A DNA stretch of 63,507 nucleotides, the filler included, from Reticulomyxa filosa (taxonomy: Eukaryota > Protista > Foraminifera): the NCBI GenBank assembly GCA_000512085.1. It is 18 parts of 18 records of this genome, joined end to end, with 100 filler letters (N's around TTAATTAATTAA, not from the genome) between each part and the next. Parts side by side here need not be neighbours in the genome. Positions count along the whole stretch, not along the records: positions 1 to 6,228 come from ASPP01009341.1; positions 6,329 to 7,881 come from ASPP01026335.1; positions 7,982 to 10,291 come from ASPP01024563.1; positions 10,392 to 12,507 come from ASPP01003236.1; 14 more parts are not named here. The stretch is one strand, 5' to 3'. Position 1 is the stretch's first letter. Each line of letters starts with the position of its first letter. The position numbers and the translations under genes are program-made. This document shows positions 1 to 11,712 of the stretch, piece by piece. A model generated the notes under the pieces. It made no database searches, had not been told where the DNA came from, and was given only the letters and a program-made list of their open reading frames with translations.

Positions 1-37
<37 letters not shown>

Positions 38-116
38 CTTGTTTCCAGAATTCTATTCCAGTTAGTATTGTATTGTTATTAGTTATTGTTATTGTGGGTG
101 GTGTGATTATCAACCC

Positions 117-168
117 TTACAACACACACTTTGCTGACTTGGCAAGTGAACGAAGTTGTGTGTTGTAA
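117..168. repeat. Short inverted repeat / hairpin
   Basis: TTACAACACACA-CTT pairs with AAGTTGTGTGTTGTAA with one bulge, around a ~20-nt loop. Confidence 0.6.
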
Positions 169-417
169 ATAAGGGGAAATTATGTTATTGTTATTAATTA
201 TTGTTATTATGTTATTGTTATTATAATTATATTGTTAAGTTATTTTTTTATTTATTTATTGTTATGAATGGCGGCACAAGTTGTAGTAATAGATGAGTGC
301 AGTAACAAGTTAAGTTATATAATACACTTTATGTTTGTTTTTTTAAAAAAAAATAAAACTATTTTCATTCGATAGAATGACAAAAAGGACTTGAAGTGAA
401 AATAGATATAGATACAT

Positions 418-867
418 TTGCAGAATCGTTGGAACATAAGAAGTGACACCTACTACTATGGACCACACAAGTGTCCGCAATGTGATGAAAACAAAAGTAA
501 ACGAGATGCAGATGAGTCGCGAGAAAAACGGGAAATAGAAGATCGAGAAAAACTCGAAATGGAAACGATAGATTTTTTAGCGAGAAAAAGACAAGAAGAG
601 AAAGAGCTTGAAAAGTTGCAACGGCTGGTTCGGGAAAAAGAATTGGAACAAGAAGAGTACATACGCAAGAATAAAAAAAAACGAGGTTGTGAAAAAAAAA
701 TGAGAGATGCATTTTCCCAGCCTTTTGGAAGGACAGATGAAATATATTTTGAAAAGGTAATGTTCCCGCTGTTGCAATTAAACAGCACTGCACCCGCAGC
801 GGTATATGTGTGGTATAAATTTAATAATGACTATTTTAAGCTTATTAATGAGTATTGCATATTGTAG
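418..867 (+). CDS. Hypothetical charged coiled-coil protein with a CxxC (KCPQC); probably element-derived
   Basis: Intronless 149-codon ORF, E/K/R-rich, with no recognised domain and a non-ATG start. Confidence 0.3.
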   Translation: MQNRWNIRSDTYYYGPHKCPQCDENKSKRDADESREKREIEDREKLEMETIDFLARKRQEEKELEKLQRLVREKELEQEEYIRKNKKKRGCEKKMRDAFSQPFGRTDEIYFEKVMFPLLQLNSTAPAAVYVWYKFNNDYFKLINEYCIL

Positions 868-1281
868 CAGCGTAAAAGTGTTTATGACGTAGTAAGACTT
901 TTTTATTGTGGAAATGAATAAAATAAAAAACGACTTATGATGCTTACAACAACTTATTTCAATTGACATTGAGGATGATTGCGATATAACGTTTGTGGAC
1001 AATGAAGAAACTAATGACAAGTTCACAGTGTCTTGTTTTGGTGGTGAGATTAAAGAAAAAAAACAAAAGATTATTGCATAGCATCAGTTAGACGTTACGA
1101 GTCTACATGGAAAGTTATAAAAAGAATTAAGATTTTACAAAACGAAATTTTAAATAAATTTTAGTCTTGTTCCAAAGAAGACACCAAACTCATACTGTCT
1201 AAATCAAGTAGATCATTATGATTCCGGGCCAGTGACACGAGAGCCAATGCTTTCAGCGAACAAAACGTTTTTTTATTTTTA

Positions 1282-1492
1282 ACTTGTTGTGAAAAAATTT
1301 TTTAAGTAGTTGAATTTTTTTTTAACTTGTTTAATTTTTATATTGTCAACGATATATACGCTTGAAGAAAAAGGTGAAAAAGGTTAGTGCTTAGCGCCTT
1401 AAATTTGACATTCTGTCCAACCCAAATTCAACCAAAGAAGTAATTATATTTTTTGACTTGTTGAAAACATTTTTTAAGTAGTTGAATTTTTT
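1282..1492 (+). repeat. Imperfect ~38-bp direct repeat (1282-1320 and 1456-1492)
   Basis: ACTTGTTG...AAAA..TTTTTTAAGTAGTTGAATTTTTT occurs twice. Confidence 0.6.
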
Positions 1493-1641
1493 ATTTATAT
1501 GAAAGAGATGATGTATCTGGTCAATTGGACTATTATAAAACTTGGGATTGTGACAGGTCAAGCTTTGAACATTGTCCTGCCAGTTTTAAGCCAGGTCCAA
1601 TGCTCGAGCGAGCCCATTTAGATTTGTTCGAAGCTTTGGCT

Positions 1642-2206
1642 GAATGTTGGAAACATATTAACCACAAGTTATATAAAGAAAATAGGAGAAAAGTGGAATT
1701 GAAATATTGGAGCGATTTGTACAATACTGAACCTATTCAAGAAACAAGTATATATGGCAATAAAAAAATATATAAGAACACCAAATTTATCAAGGTCATG
1801 CTCATTCTATTATTCTTTCTCGTGGTGACAGAATACGTACTTCTCAAGCTACTCCTTTGTTTAATGAATTTCTTTGGCTTTACCAACTTCACGATATAGC
1901 TTATACCAAATCATTGAAGTCAGCTCTGGTGCTGATGGTGGTGTTACCATTGAGTAAAGTCATCGCAATACCCGATATGAACGACATTACTCTTTAGGGT
2001 GTCAGAAGATGAATATGATATCAAATTACGACAATGCTGTTTATCATCTTATCGTCTTCATTATCAGTATCATAGTCATAATGTTTATTGCCATATATAC
2101 TTGTTTCTTGAATAGGTTCAGTATTGTACAAATCGCTCCAATATTTCAATTCCACTTTTCTCCTATTTTCTTTATATAACTTGTGGTTAATATGTTTCCA
2201 ACATTC
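1642..2206. repeat. 123-bp inverted duplication (arms 1642-1764 and 2084-2206)
   Basis: The arms are reverse complements. The peptide ECWKHINHKLYKENRRKVELKYWSDLYNTEPIQETSIYGNK appears in ORF 1525..1899(+) and again in ORF 2021..2215(-). Confidence 0.95.
1776..1997 (+). pseudogene. Possible remnant of a parvovirus/adintovirus-type phospholipase A2 domain
   Basis: A stop-free frame not in the ORF track reads IYQGHAHSIILSRGDR...NEFLWLYQLHDIAYTKS. HDxxY lies at 1890-1904, preceded by a degenerate YxG loop. Confidence 0.3.
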
Positions 2207-2436
2207 TTTGTACATTGGACAAATTAAGGGTTGGTTTGCAATGTGCTTGGTATAAACCCAACGACAAATGCAATCAAAAGGTTCAACACTACGAATACCT
2301 GCAACTCCATGGCCTTGATGGTCATCTTATTGTGCTCCATGTGGTGCTCACAAGCCATACGTTTTCTACCATGAGTGCCTTTATTCATATGTTTTAAAAT
2401 TTGATGAATACTTTAGCTATCGTTATCCTTTAAGAA

Positions 2437-2996
2437 AAAGCATTTGTATATTTGGACCAAATTGATAATATGTTTGACTTTGTGTGTGATGTATATAAGC
2501 TTAAGAATGAGCAAGACATGCTCAAGTAACAAAAAGGCCTTATAATTCTATGCTGTGACAATGTCTCAAATTATTTATGAATTCTTTTTTTGAACAACAA
2601 GTAATGAACTATCGTGGGACATAAAAGAAAATAGTTGTTTCTGTAATGGAGTTAATGAATAATGGCATTTTGACAAAATATTCACGTTTTTATGCCCACT
2701 GTATTAAAAAATTTATTGTGCAGTTCCAATATTTTGAATTCAATAACAATATGCCAATACAAAATGCTGTTTTTATTTTGGACTGTGCAAAAGTTGTTTA
2801 TTTTAGTCATTTGTATCGTCTGCGATGTTATGTGGCTCCTGACATGCGTGACAATCTTTTGGTTCCTGCATATAGTGATGACAATTTGAAGCTGTATAAG
2901 ATATATGATGTTTTGTATGGTGACACAGATAGTGCTATTGTGCGTAATAATCTTATTGGACCTAATATTCTTATGAACAAAGCTTTAGAATGCTAG
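2437..2996 (+). pseudogene. Protein-primed family B DNA polymerase (pPolB) fragment, pseudogenised
   Basis: MFDFVCDVYKLKNEQDMLK (from 2470), then a frameshift near 2530-2538, then PYNSML*QCLKLFMNSFFEQ (motif B KxxxNS at 2568-2585). The same frame continues through a TAA at 2622 to PIQNAVFILDCAK and VLYGDTDSAIV (motif C, 2916-2933). Confidence 0.8.
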
Positions 2997-3430
2997 CCAA
3001 TTAAAAGCATAATTGAAAAATTATTGGTCTTAAATGCGTCGGTCCAAATACATACCAAATGGCAATAAAATATACTGATAGTCATGTAGTATTGTAAAGC
3101 TTTCAGTTTAATAGTATATCCCAAAAGCAATTCTTTGTGCTCGATGACAGTGGAAAGAGAAATTATCTGTTAGATCATACTGTTGATAATGTATTTGAAA
3201 TGAAAAATGTGTCAATCGTCTTACCACAATAAAAATTACTTAAGTCGATAAAAGTTTGACTTTTCTCTTATATAAAAGGATATATTTTGATTGGATATAT
3301 TGTTAATATAGAAAAATATGCGTAAAAACAAGCTTAAAGAGAAAATTGCATATTAGTAACACGTATTTAGACCAAAAGGGCGTTTTTAGTGGTTCGTGTT
3401 TGAAATTTTTAAATAAAATATTACCAAAAC

Positions 3431-3976
3431 ATGCCTAGACGAAGAAAACAAAATGAATCAAAAGCGAATGGACAACAAACAGGAAGCAACGGAGCAGCAG
3501 AAGGTGGTGACTTTGAATATCGCCACAAAGTAGAGCAACACTACACGCACTTGGCCCGAAGCAAAGCCATGATCCGCAATTACTGCATTTTAAACAGCTC
3601 AATAGGAGGAATGACAATGGTAATGGCATTGTTTCGAAATGATTGGAGCTGGAATGAAATAAAGGAAAAAGACTTCAATATAATGTGTGGGCATGGATTG
3701 AATTTCGTATTTGTGTTAATAGTGAGTGTAATTAGTTACTTAGGTGTTGCAAATAAACTGAATCCTCAGCTAATTGCACTTAATCAACCCTTGTCTGTTG
3801 TGACACTACTCACCTTTATTGGAGCGATATCTGTGTATATTTTATACACACGACAATGGAGTTTCGATTACATTGTGTGTATTGTTGGTTTATTTTGCAA
3901 TCTTCTACCTCAGGTCATGCTGTGGTTACATTGTTTGCAATTACAAAAAATTTTTCATTTAGTCGCAAAAAAATGA
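3431..3976 (+). CDS. JAGN1: Jagunal-family ER membrane protein
   Basis: N-terminal AEGGDFEYRHKVEQHY...K matches the Jagunal GTDGSDFxHRERVAxHY motif. It has four hydrophobic segments and a C-terminal KK. Confidence 0.75.
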   Translation: MPRRRKQNESKANGQQTGSNGAAEGGDFEYRHKVEQHYTHLARSKAMIRNYCILNSSIGGMTMVMALFRNDWSWNEIKEKDFNIMCGHGLNFVFVLIVSVISYLGVANKLNPQLIALNQPLSVVTLLTFIGAISVYILYTRQWSFDYIVCIVGLFCNLLPQVMLWLHCLQLQKIFHLVAKK

Positions 3977-4583
3977 CGTTTTTTATTGTAGCTCATCGGT
4001 TTTTTTTTTTGTTTTGAGTTATTGTTATTTGTTAAAACACATTCTTTTCTTTCAATTCATTGAATTTTTCACGTGCAACGTGCAAAATATGTTTTAATGG
4101 CTAGACCAAAAATTGAAGTTCCGTATAAGATATTCAATCCGAGCGGCCACATATTTCTTTAAAAAAAATTAACTTGCAAAGAAATCTCAGTATTGTCAAA
4201 AAAAAAAAGAAAGAAAGAATCAAAGCTCAAACGAAAAAGTCGATTAATTAGGCTTGGTAAATTCCAATGAGTTATTTCACAACACCCCAAAAGCAATTTC
4301 GTGTCGCCGTTGCATCACGCATACACAAAACCAGAAAAAAAAGACAAAAGGAAAAAATAAAAAACAAGATTAATATGCATTATAAGACAATGCAAATTCA
4401 ACACGTGATAATTACTCTATATTGCTACGGGTCACAGATGTATCTTCTTCAGGAACAAGTGAGGAAGAGCCTTTTCAAAAGGGGACCACAACCAAACAAA
4501 ATTTTTATTTTTTTAAAAACGGAGGTATTATTTTTTCATGGGACAAGGAGGGCCAGGGAAGAAAACAATTGACAAAACTTTGT

Positions 4584-6158
4584 TCAGTGAAGGATTTTTT
4601 GATATCTTCGACAGATGAGCCATACAGATAAAGCGACCAAGACAACTCCAAAAGAAATACCTCCATAGAAAGACGTATCTTTGAGTTGTCTGAGCAAAGT
4701 CAAAGAAGTGGCCAACGACTGAGTGACATCAGACGGGGCATAGGCATTGATGACCTGATATCCCATTGGAACGAGGAAATTGGGTAAATTGCTAAAATTA
4801 GTAACCATGATATCAAGCCCATTAGAGGAATTGATGTAAGAGATATTTTCCATCAATGGAAACAGTTGGAAGTTGGTTTGAAAAGCAAGCCAGTTTCTGA
4901 TGACAATTCCTGTCTGTGGCTCCAAATCAAAATATGTGGCATCGGTGTCAGGGTTCGGTGCGTCTAATCCTACCACTTCTTCAACGTGTTTCACATAGTA
5001 CTCTCCTTGATAAAAATGAGGGAATGACAGATACGCCATGGTCTGTTCTGGGATCTCTTTGCGAACAGAAAAATTCAATAGCCCGTCGTGGCCAAACGCA
5101 AAGTACTGAGCATTGTAAGGATAATTAGTTGCATTCTTCAATGTATTGTCAGACACTTTCCAGCGTCGCAAACACATTATGCACGCAAAAGCACAATTTG
5201 TTGGGGATGGTAAATAGTTTACAAGAAATCCGTATATAGCATATTTAAAAAGAAAAAAGTACATTATACATAACATATGTACATATATGTATATAAAAAA
5301 TAAAATAAAATAAAAAAGCAAGACAAAACATTTGAATCTCCACATTTCAAGTCCATTCGAGTAAACGACTTCATCAAAGGTATAATTGACTTTTCTGGAG
5401 AAAAGGCAAGTGCCAAGCGGTTAGATCATCGTCTTTGCCAACATGTCTCCATGGCCAGTTTCGGGTTTCGCGCGAAGGGTACACGTCTTCCATTGAAGAC
5501 CAGTACGAAATGTTCGTGGTGTTCCAGATCTCCTCAAGCACTCGCAAGTCATAGCGATCACAGTAGCCAGTGCGTTCCACCATATTTATTGAAGCTTGAT
5601 TTAGCAATCCATACTTAGTTTGGTCCTGTTTAATTAAAAAAAAAAAGTATACGTTTTTTTGTTTTTTTTTTGGGAGGGGGGTTGTAAGTTGAATTTTTTT
5701 TTTTTTTTTTATGATAGTCGCAAATACGAAACTACAGATTTGAAAGAGATTTTCGCCAAGCCAGGATCGCCGACTCCTAAAATGATATCTTGAATAGTGA
5801 CCTGATAAAACAATTTGATGCCGGGCAAGGAATTGAAATACTCGGCCCAGGAAGTGAGAGCAAAGCCAGTATTCATGGTGTTGAAAAATGTGAGCACGCC
5901 AGGGTTCAAAACGGTCACGGTTTCATTGATACCAACGCTGTTTTGTGAATTTGTCATATCTTCTTGGAACTCAAAGGAAAAGCTGTAACGATAACTGACC
6001 GTGCAAGAATCTTCGGAAAATACAACGTCGTTTTTAAACTCAAATCGTCGATAGATGAAAGGGCCAATCTCTTGCAACTGTGGTATCGATCCATTCAACA
6101 CTTCGTACGGATTTGTTATGTTGAATACGTAAAAGTTAAACAATTGGACTCCACTATC
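4584..6158 (-). CDS. CD36/LIMP-2 (scavenger receptor class B) family protein, multi-exon, 5' truncated
   Basis: FYVFNITNPYEVLNGSIPQLQEIGPFIYR, YLSFPHFYQG, YFDLEPQTG and a C-terminal TM helix. Exons ~6158-5756, ~5626-5343 and ~5166-4584. Confidence 0.85.
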
Positions 6159-6194
6159 CTAATCCATCATTATTGTTATTTTTATTATTAATTA

Positions 6195-6228
<34 letters not shown>

Positions 6229-6328
6229 NNNNNNNNNNNNNNNNNNNNNNNNNNNNNNNNNNNNNNNNNNNNTTAATTAATTAANNNNNNNNNNNNNNNN
6301 NNNNNNNNNNNNNNNNNNNNNNNNNNNN
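6229..6328. other. Artificial contig linker (44N-TTAATTAATTAA-44N, six-frame stop); first of 17
   Basis: The identical 100-bp cassette occurs at 6229-6328, 7882-7981, 10292-10391, 12508-12607, 16463-16562, 17591-17690, 22439-22538, 24332-24431, 26856-26955, 27975-28074, 44407-44506, 46367-46466, 47672-47771, 51117-51216, 54028-54127, 60352-60451 and 62281-62380. Genes are cut off at these points. Confidence 0.98.
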
Positions 6329-8217
6329 TGTATTGTTACGTGTTTTCTGTTATCCAAGTTAAGAGAGTATTTGTCTTTTCAACGTTTTTATCACATTTTT
6401 CCCATGCTTTTAAGATAATATCTTTATCTATCTTGGGAAATGTTTGTTGAAGTTGTTCAAGCATGATGAAGTTAAACCTTTTATTTTGATTTAGAACTTC
6501 TAAAATTGAAAAAGACCTTTTTTTACCGTATAGGGGAAGTTTTCAAAAGGATATTTTATTTTGGCAACTCCTTGAGATCGCTAATGCTTTTTTTGAAAGC
6601 ATAAACATGACTTGAGGCATCAAAAATGTTATTTAAAAGATTTTTGTCCTTGGATAATTTTCGGAGATTTTATCACAAAAATGACTTTTTTTGGCATGTA
6701 CAAAAGTTGAACTAAACGAAAAAAAAATGGCTTGACTATTTCCACTTTTGAATTTTTGCTCATGCATAAGAAATTTTTATTAAACATTGATCTAAAAAAA
6801 AATCGTTAAAACAATTTTTGCAATGCTTTTATGTTTATGCATAAAAAAAAGTCACTACGTGGAAAGTAGACCTTTCAGTGTTTTTATGATCACAAAACAT
6901 TATTTCGAGCGTGCATCAATTAAAAAAAATCATGCAAAAAAAAAAGCAGACAAATGAACATAAGGAAATAAATATTGCACGAAATGGATTTATTCCAAAG
7001 AAAATCCGTCCAGTAAATTAAATACAGTTAAAAAAAAGAAAGAATATTATAATGTTATCTACATTTCAAATCATGTTTTCCTTTTTCTCAAGCTCAGTGC
7101 AACAGTCTGAACAGAAATTGTTAATTTTCAATGCATCTACCAAGTAAACTGTTATTCTACCACGCTCGAAGCAACCAATACAGATGAGCATGCAAGTTAC
7201 CAGAAGACTATGCAGCATGCGATGGCAAAAAGAGACTATATTGCGGATGTTTGGATGCTATCACAGGGAATTGAAGATGATAAAATATGCAAGCGTTTGG
7301 AAGAAGAAAACAAGTGTACAATAGTGTCTCGTAATAAATAGTACCAACGGCCAGAAAATTTGTATCACATGCAGACGCAATAGCAATTTATTGTTTATTA
7401 CGTATTTCAAGTCAATTGATGTGTTTAATATAAGCACGCGCGGATATGTTGTATTATTTTAATTTGTGCCGAAAACGACGAAGCACAGCAGCTGAGTATT
7501 TGAAAGTTACATATAATTTTTTTTTAAATATATTTCTAATAATAATAAGAGATTAAAATGGATTCACATCTAAAGTCTATGGATATTATGTATTGTCAAT
7601 AATGCAACGATGGCAAAAATGATCTTGTTGTTCAAATGATCAAATAATTCGACAATGAAATACCAATTCAATAAAGGAAATGAACTGTTGTAATTCGAAT
7701 ATGGATACAGCGTCACAAACAGAGATTAAAAAATCGATAATATACACAATTTGAAATTTTCTCCATATGACCAAACTATGGTAATCACTGACATATTCTA
7801 AATTAGAAACATTTCAAGACGCAATGAAATGTAAAACTTGTCGCATTGCAGAAATCTATTATTCAGTAATGAAACAATAATNNNNNNNNNNNNNNNNNNN
7901 NNNNNNNNNNNNNNNNNNNNNNNNNTTAATTAATTAANNNNNNNNNNNNNNNNNNNNNNNNNNNNNNNNNNNNNNNNNNNNACATTTCAATTTATTAAAC
8001 ATGATACTTTACCAACTAAAAATGATACATTGTTTTGTACCAAAGTCAAAAAATGGACAAGGATCACTTAGAGTTGAAAATACCATTTTACATGCACTGC
8101 ATAGTTTTTAAAGGACTACTTGAAATATATTACGTATGATTGTTTGATAGAAAAAAATTTTCTTCGTTAATTCAATCCAAAAAAAAAAAAATTTTTTTTA
8201 TTGATAATAAAACAACA

Positions 8218-9600
8218 CTACCCCCAAATACGAATACAACCCTTACATGAACCATAACACATATTAACGCCACAGTCAACGTTATCTTTGATTTTGCTTT
8301 TCTTTTTAAAATGTAAAAATTTAAAGCACATTATTCCATAATCTTCTTTATAGTCACCTTCAATCACATGTAATTTATCCTTATTTGATCGAATATCCCA
8401 AAAGCAAATTGTATTATCAAAGGACCCAGAACATACCACATTTGAATAACCACCAATAACTTGACTGCTATCCTTTATTACAAATGGTGAATATTCAACA
8501 CAAGTCACACCCATTGAATGCCCATTGAATAATTGAATTTGTTTACCAGATCGAATATCCCACAAGCGAGTACTCCGATCTGCTGATCCAGAAAATATTG
8601 TATTTGAACCACCGCTATTTCCTATTTCGTTTGATCCATATTTTATACTATTTACACGATCTTCATGTCCTATGAATGAAAGTAATTGTTTAGTTGTTTC
8701 AATGTCCCATATACAAATGGTGTTATCATGTGATCCAGAGCAAATAGTATATCCATTACCACCAATCAAACCAATGCTATTATTTTTATTACTGTTATTG
8801 CTTTGCAATGGTGAAATATCAACACACCAAACACTTTTTGTGTGTCCATTGAAAACATGTAATGATTTGGATGTTTCAACATCCCATAAACGAATTGTTT
8901 TGTCATATGATCCAGAACACAAATATCGACCACAAGTAAATGGTGAAAATTCAATACTGCAAACACCACCAGAGTGTCCATTGAATACTTGTAATTGGCT
9001 ATTATGTTTGAAATCCCAAAAATGAATGTTTTTGTCAAATGATGAAGAACAAACAATATTGCAACGATTATTGTAATAATGATATGGCGAAAATTTCACA
9101 CAATATACAGCGTACAAATGCCTATTGAATGATTGAATTTGTTTGTTATTCTCAACATCCCACACACGAACGGTTTTATCGGATGACCCAGAACAAAGTA
9201 ATTGATCATCACTGAATGTTGAATAATCAATACTATACACACGCGTTGTGTGTCCAGTGAAAGTATGGAGTAATTTAGACGACGAATGAAACGTGTCGAT
9301 CATGAAGAAGGTAGTTGCCTGTGTTAAGTTATAATTATTGATGATAATAACACAATAATTTGAACATTTTGACTGTCATTAGAACAAAAAAAACAAAACA
9401 CAAAAGAACATAACATAATTGACAACAAGTTTGTCAAACTCATGAATCCACCCTAATTTAATGCTTGATATTCGGATCCAATACTGAATAATAAATTGCA
9501 TCTCACCTTCTTTTAGCTGATTCAGCCACAAATTACAAAAAAAAAAACTAAAACAAGTAATTTTCTGAACACTTGAAATAAAGCTCACCAGAGTTATCAT
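8218..9600 (-). CDS. WD40-repeat protein (lineage-expanded G-beta-like family)
   Basis: Repeated GH...CSGSxDxTIRLWD units in the 8218-9318 exon. Short upstream exons include IIQYWIRISSIKLGWIHEFDKLVVNY. Confidence 0.9.
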
Positions 9601-11712
9601 TCTTTTGACCTCTTTTGTTTTCGTTTGGGATCGTATTCGATGATGCAAAACGAAAAATGTTCAAACTTTTTTTTTAAGGTCACGTAAACGCTAATGTTAT
9701 GTTATTTTTTTTGTGAAATAAATTATTTTGTTATGTGTTTGTTTCAATTATGTAGTTAATAATACAAAATTAGTGGCAATTTAGATATGTTTTTGGATGC
9801 TCGATTAAATAGGAATGAGTTACTTGCAATCGAAGGATATGGCAAAGAGGACAATGAAGAATTATGTTTTAAATTATATGTTGAAAAAGAAGAAAAGAAA
9901 AATGAAAAAGCAAATGGTATTCATTCATAGATGCACGAAATGGCTAGTTTGTGTTTGGGGACGAACACATAGAATAAGTTTTTTTGATTTTGAAAGATAT
10001 TGTTACAAGAATTTATTTTGCAAATTATGTGTTTGACGAGGAAACGTTAGATTACAAATCATGACTTGTAATCTTGTGCTCAAAATAAAGATAAAAAAAT
10101 ATAATCTGTTAAATTAACGCTACCAGTTAAAGCCCATTGACGTGTACATTAAATAAAACAAATGCAAGTGTTTTAAAGGATATATGTTTAAGAAATTATC
10201 CATCTCCCGTTGTTGTTGTTGTGACAAATTCGATTCAGTTTGTGATTAAATCAAATTAAAAATATTGTTTCAATAAAAAAAAAAAAAAAAANNNNNNNNN
10301 NNNNNNNNNNNNNNNNNNNNNNNNNNNNNNNNNNNTTAATTAATTAANNNNNNNNNNNNNNNNNNNNNNNNNNNNNNNNNNNNNNNNNNNNATGGTTTAT
10401 AATAGATAATATTTCATTTGCTGACTGATCAAAAAAATGACAAGTTTTAAATTTTGATGAATGGAAAGTTATGATTCTGGAAATAAAAACATTTACTTCA
10501 ATTTTACATTATTTTTTAAAAATGAAATGGTATTTTTTTATTAAATTCAATCATTTTGTTTCTTTGAAGACTGTAAAATTTGATTTTTGCACAGATATCT
10601 TTAAATAATATTTTCATTCATTATCATATTTATTATCTTTAATTCGTACAAATAATCTATTATCAACGATCCAAAACATATTTTAAAGATTTAACATATA
10701 ATTTAATTAGACTGAAGATGTAATGCAACGAACATGTTAAAGCTGTAGAAGGTATGCAAAATGAACCAAAATCAGGAAAATGCAAAACAGAAATGAAAGC
10801 ATTTATAAAATTATATGATGATGTAATGAAAGAAGAAATATCTTGATCAAATCAATTGCTTCAATTAGTTTGCAAAAAATATTTTTGAATAATTTGATGT
10901 ATATTCCAGTGACTAAATTGTTTTGTATAAAGTGGTTAAACTTTTATTCTAGCTTGACGCTGTATCAAAATCAGATAATGGACAAGTGAAAGAAATGATG
11001 AAAATAAATTAAAAAATGATAATTCAATCAAAGGCCCAATTTATGTTCGGGATGAACATATGTGAATAACACTTTTTGATTTATCTTTTTTTTTCTTCAT
11101 TAAAAATATCATATTGCCAAAAACGTAAGGATTGAATGTAAACGGATCCTTAAAATAATACTTTTTCAACGTCTTTGTTTTCAGAGTGATGTAAATGGAT
11201 ATAGAATATGATATCATGAAGAATATATTTGCTTTGCATACAGCCACAGCTTAGAGAGAGCTATCTTAAGATGAACTATTCCTGAGATTAAAAGAGCCTT
11301 TTATCTGATTTGAATTGTTGATCATTCATATCTTGCTTCAGAAAAATATTGTTTTTGATATGCACACTGTTGTCCTTTTTATTTTTTCCTGTTTTGAGTG
11401 TTTGACACTATATCAAAAACAATAGCAAATAGACATTAAAAAAAGCAATCAAAAAATTAGTAGCAAAGAAAACTCAACACTTAAAATATTTTGCAACTTA
11501 TTTTAATATTTGATACAAGTATTATTTATTATTCTTTTCAACTCTTTAAAAAAAATTTTTAAAAAAATTGAAAAGCTGCATTCAAAGTAAAATAAAACAC
11601 ATCATTCAATGCTTACACTCAATCAAGTAATAAATTTAATATCATATTACTTTCCTTTTAATCAAACTTGTCAAACAAAAACACTTTCATTTCTTATTTG
11701 ACAAAAAGTAAA

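Larger units (their letters stand above)
40..3250 (+). mobile_element. Degenerate Polinton/Maverick- or PLV-like endogenous viral element (boundaries approximate)
   Basis: Contains a pPolB pseudogene (2437-2996), a possible viral PLA2-like frame, short intronless orphan ORFs and an inverted duplication. It lies directly upstream of a host gene (Jagunal) on the same contig. Confidence 0.55.

Noticed and set aside
1-39. Poly-T at the window start as a retroposon tail
   Set aside because: Long homopolymers end many contigs here and mark assembly breaks. No target-site duplication is visible.
2527-2624. Alternative genetic code (TAA/TGA read-through) explaining stops in pPolB
   Set aside because: Intact host genes end in TAA, TGA or TAG normally, and the pPolB also has a frameshift. 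Decay is the simpler explanation.
6273-6284. Recurring TTAATTAATTAA as a biological repeat or recombination site
   Set aside because: It is always flanked by exactly 44 N on each side and places stops in all six frames, so it is an artificial concatenation linker.
6329-7881. Coding content in contig 2
   Set aside because: Only a trace WD40-like fragment (NLKFSPYDQ near 7750) is visible, too weak to call.
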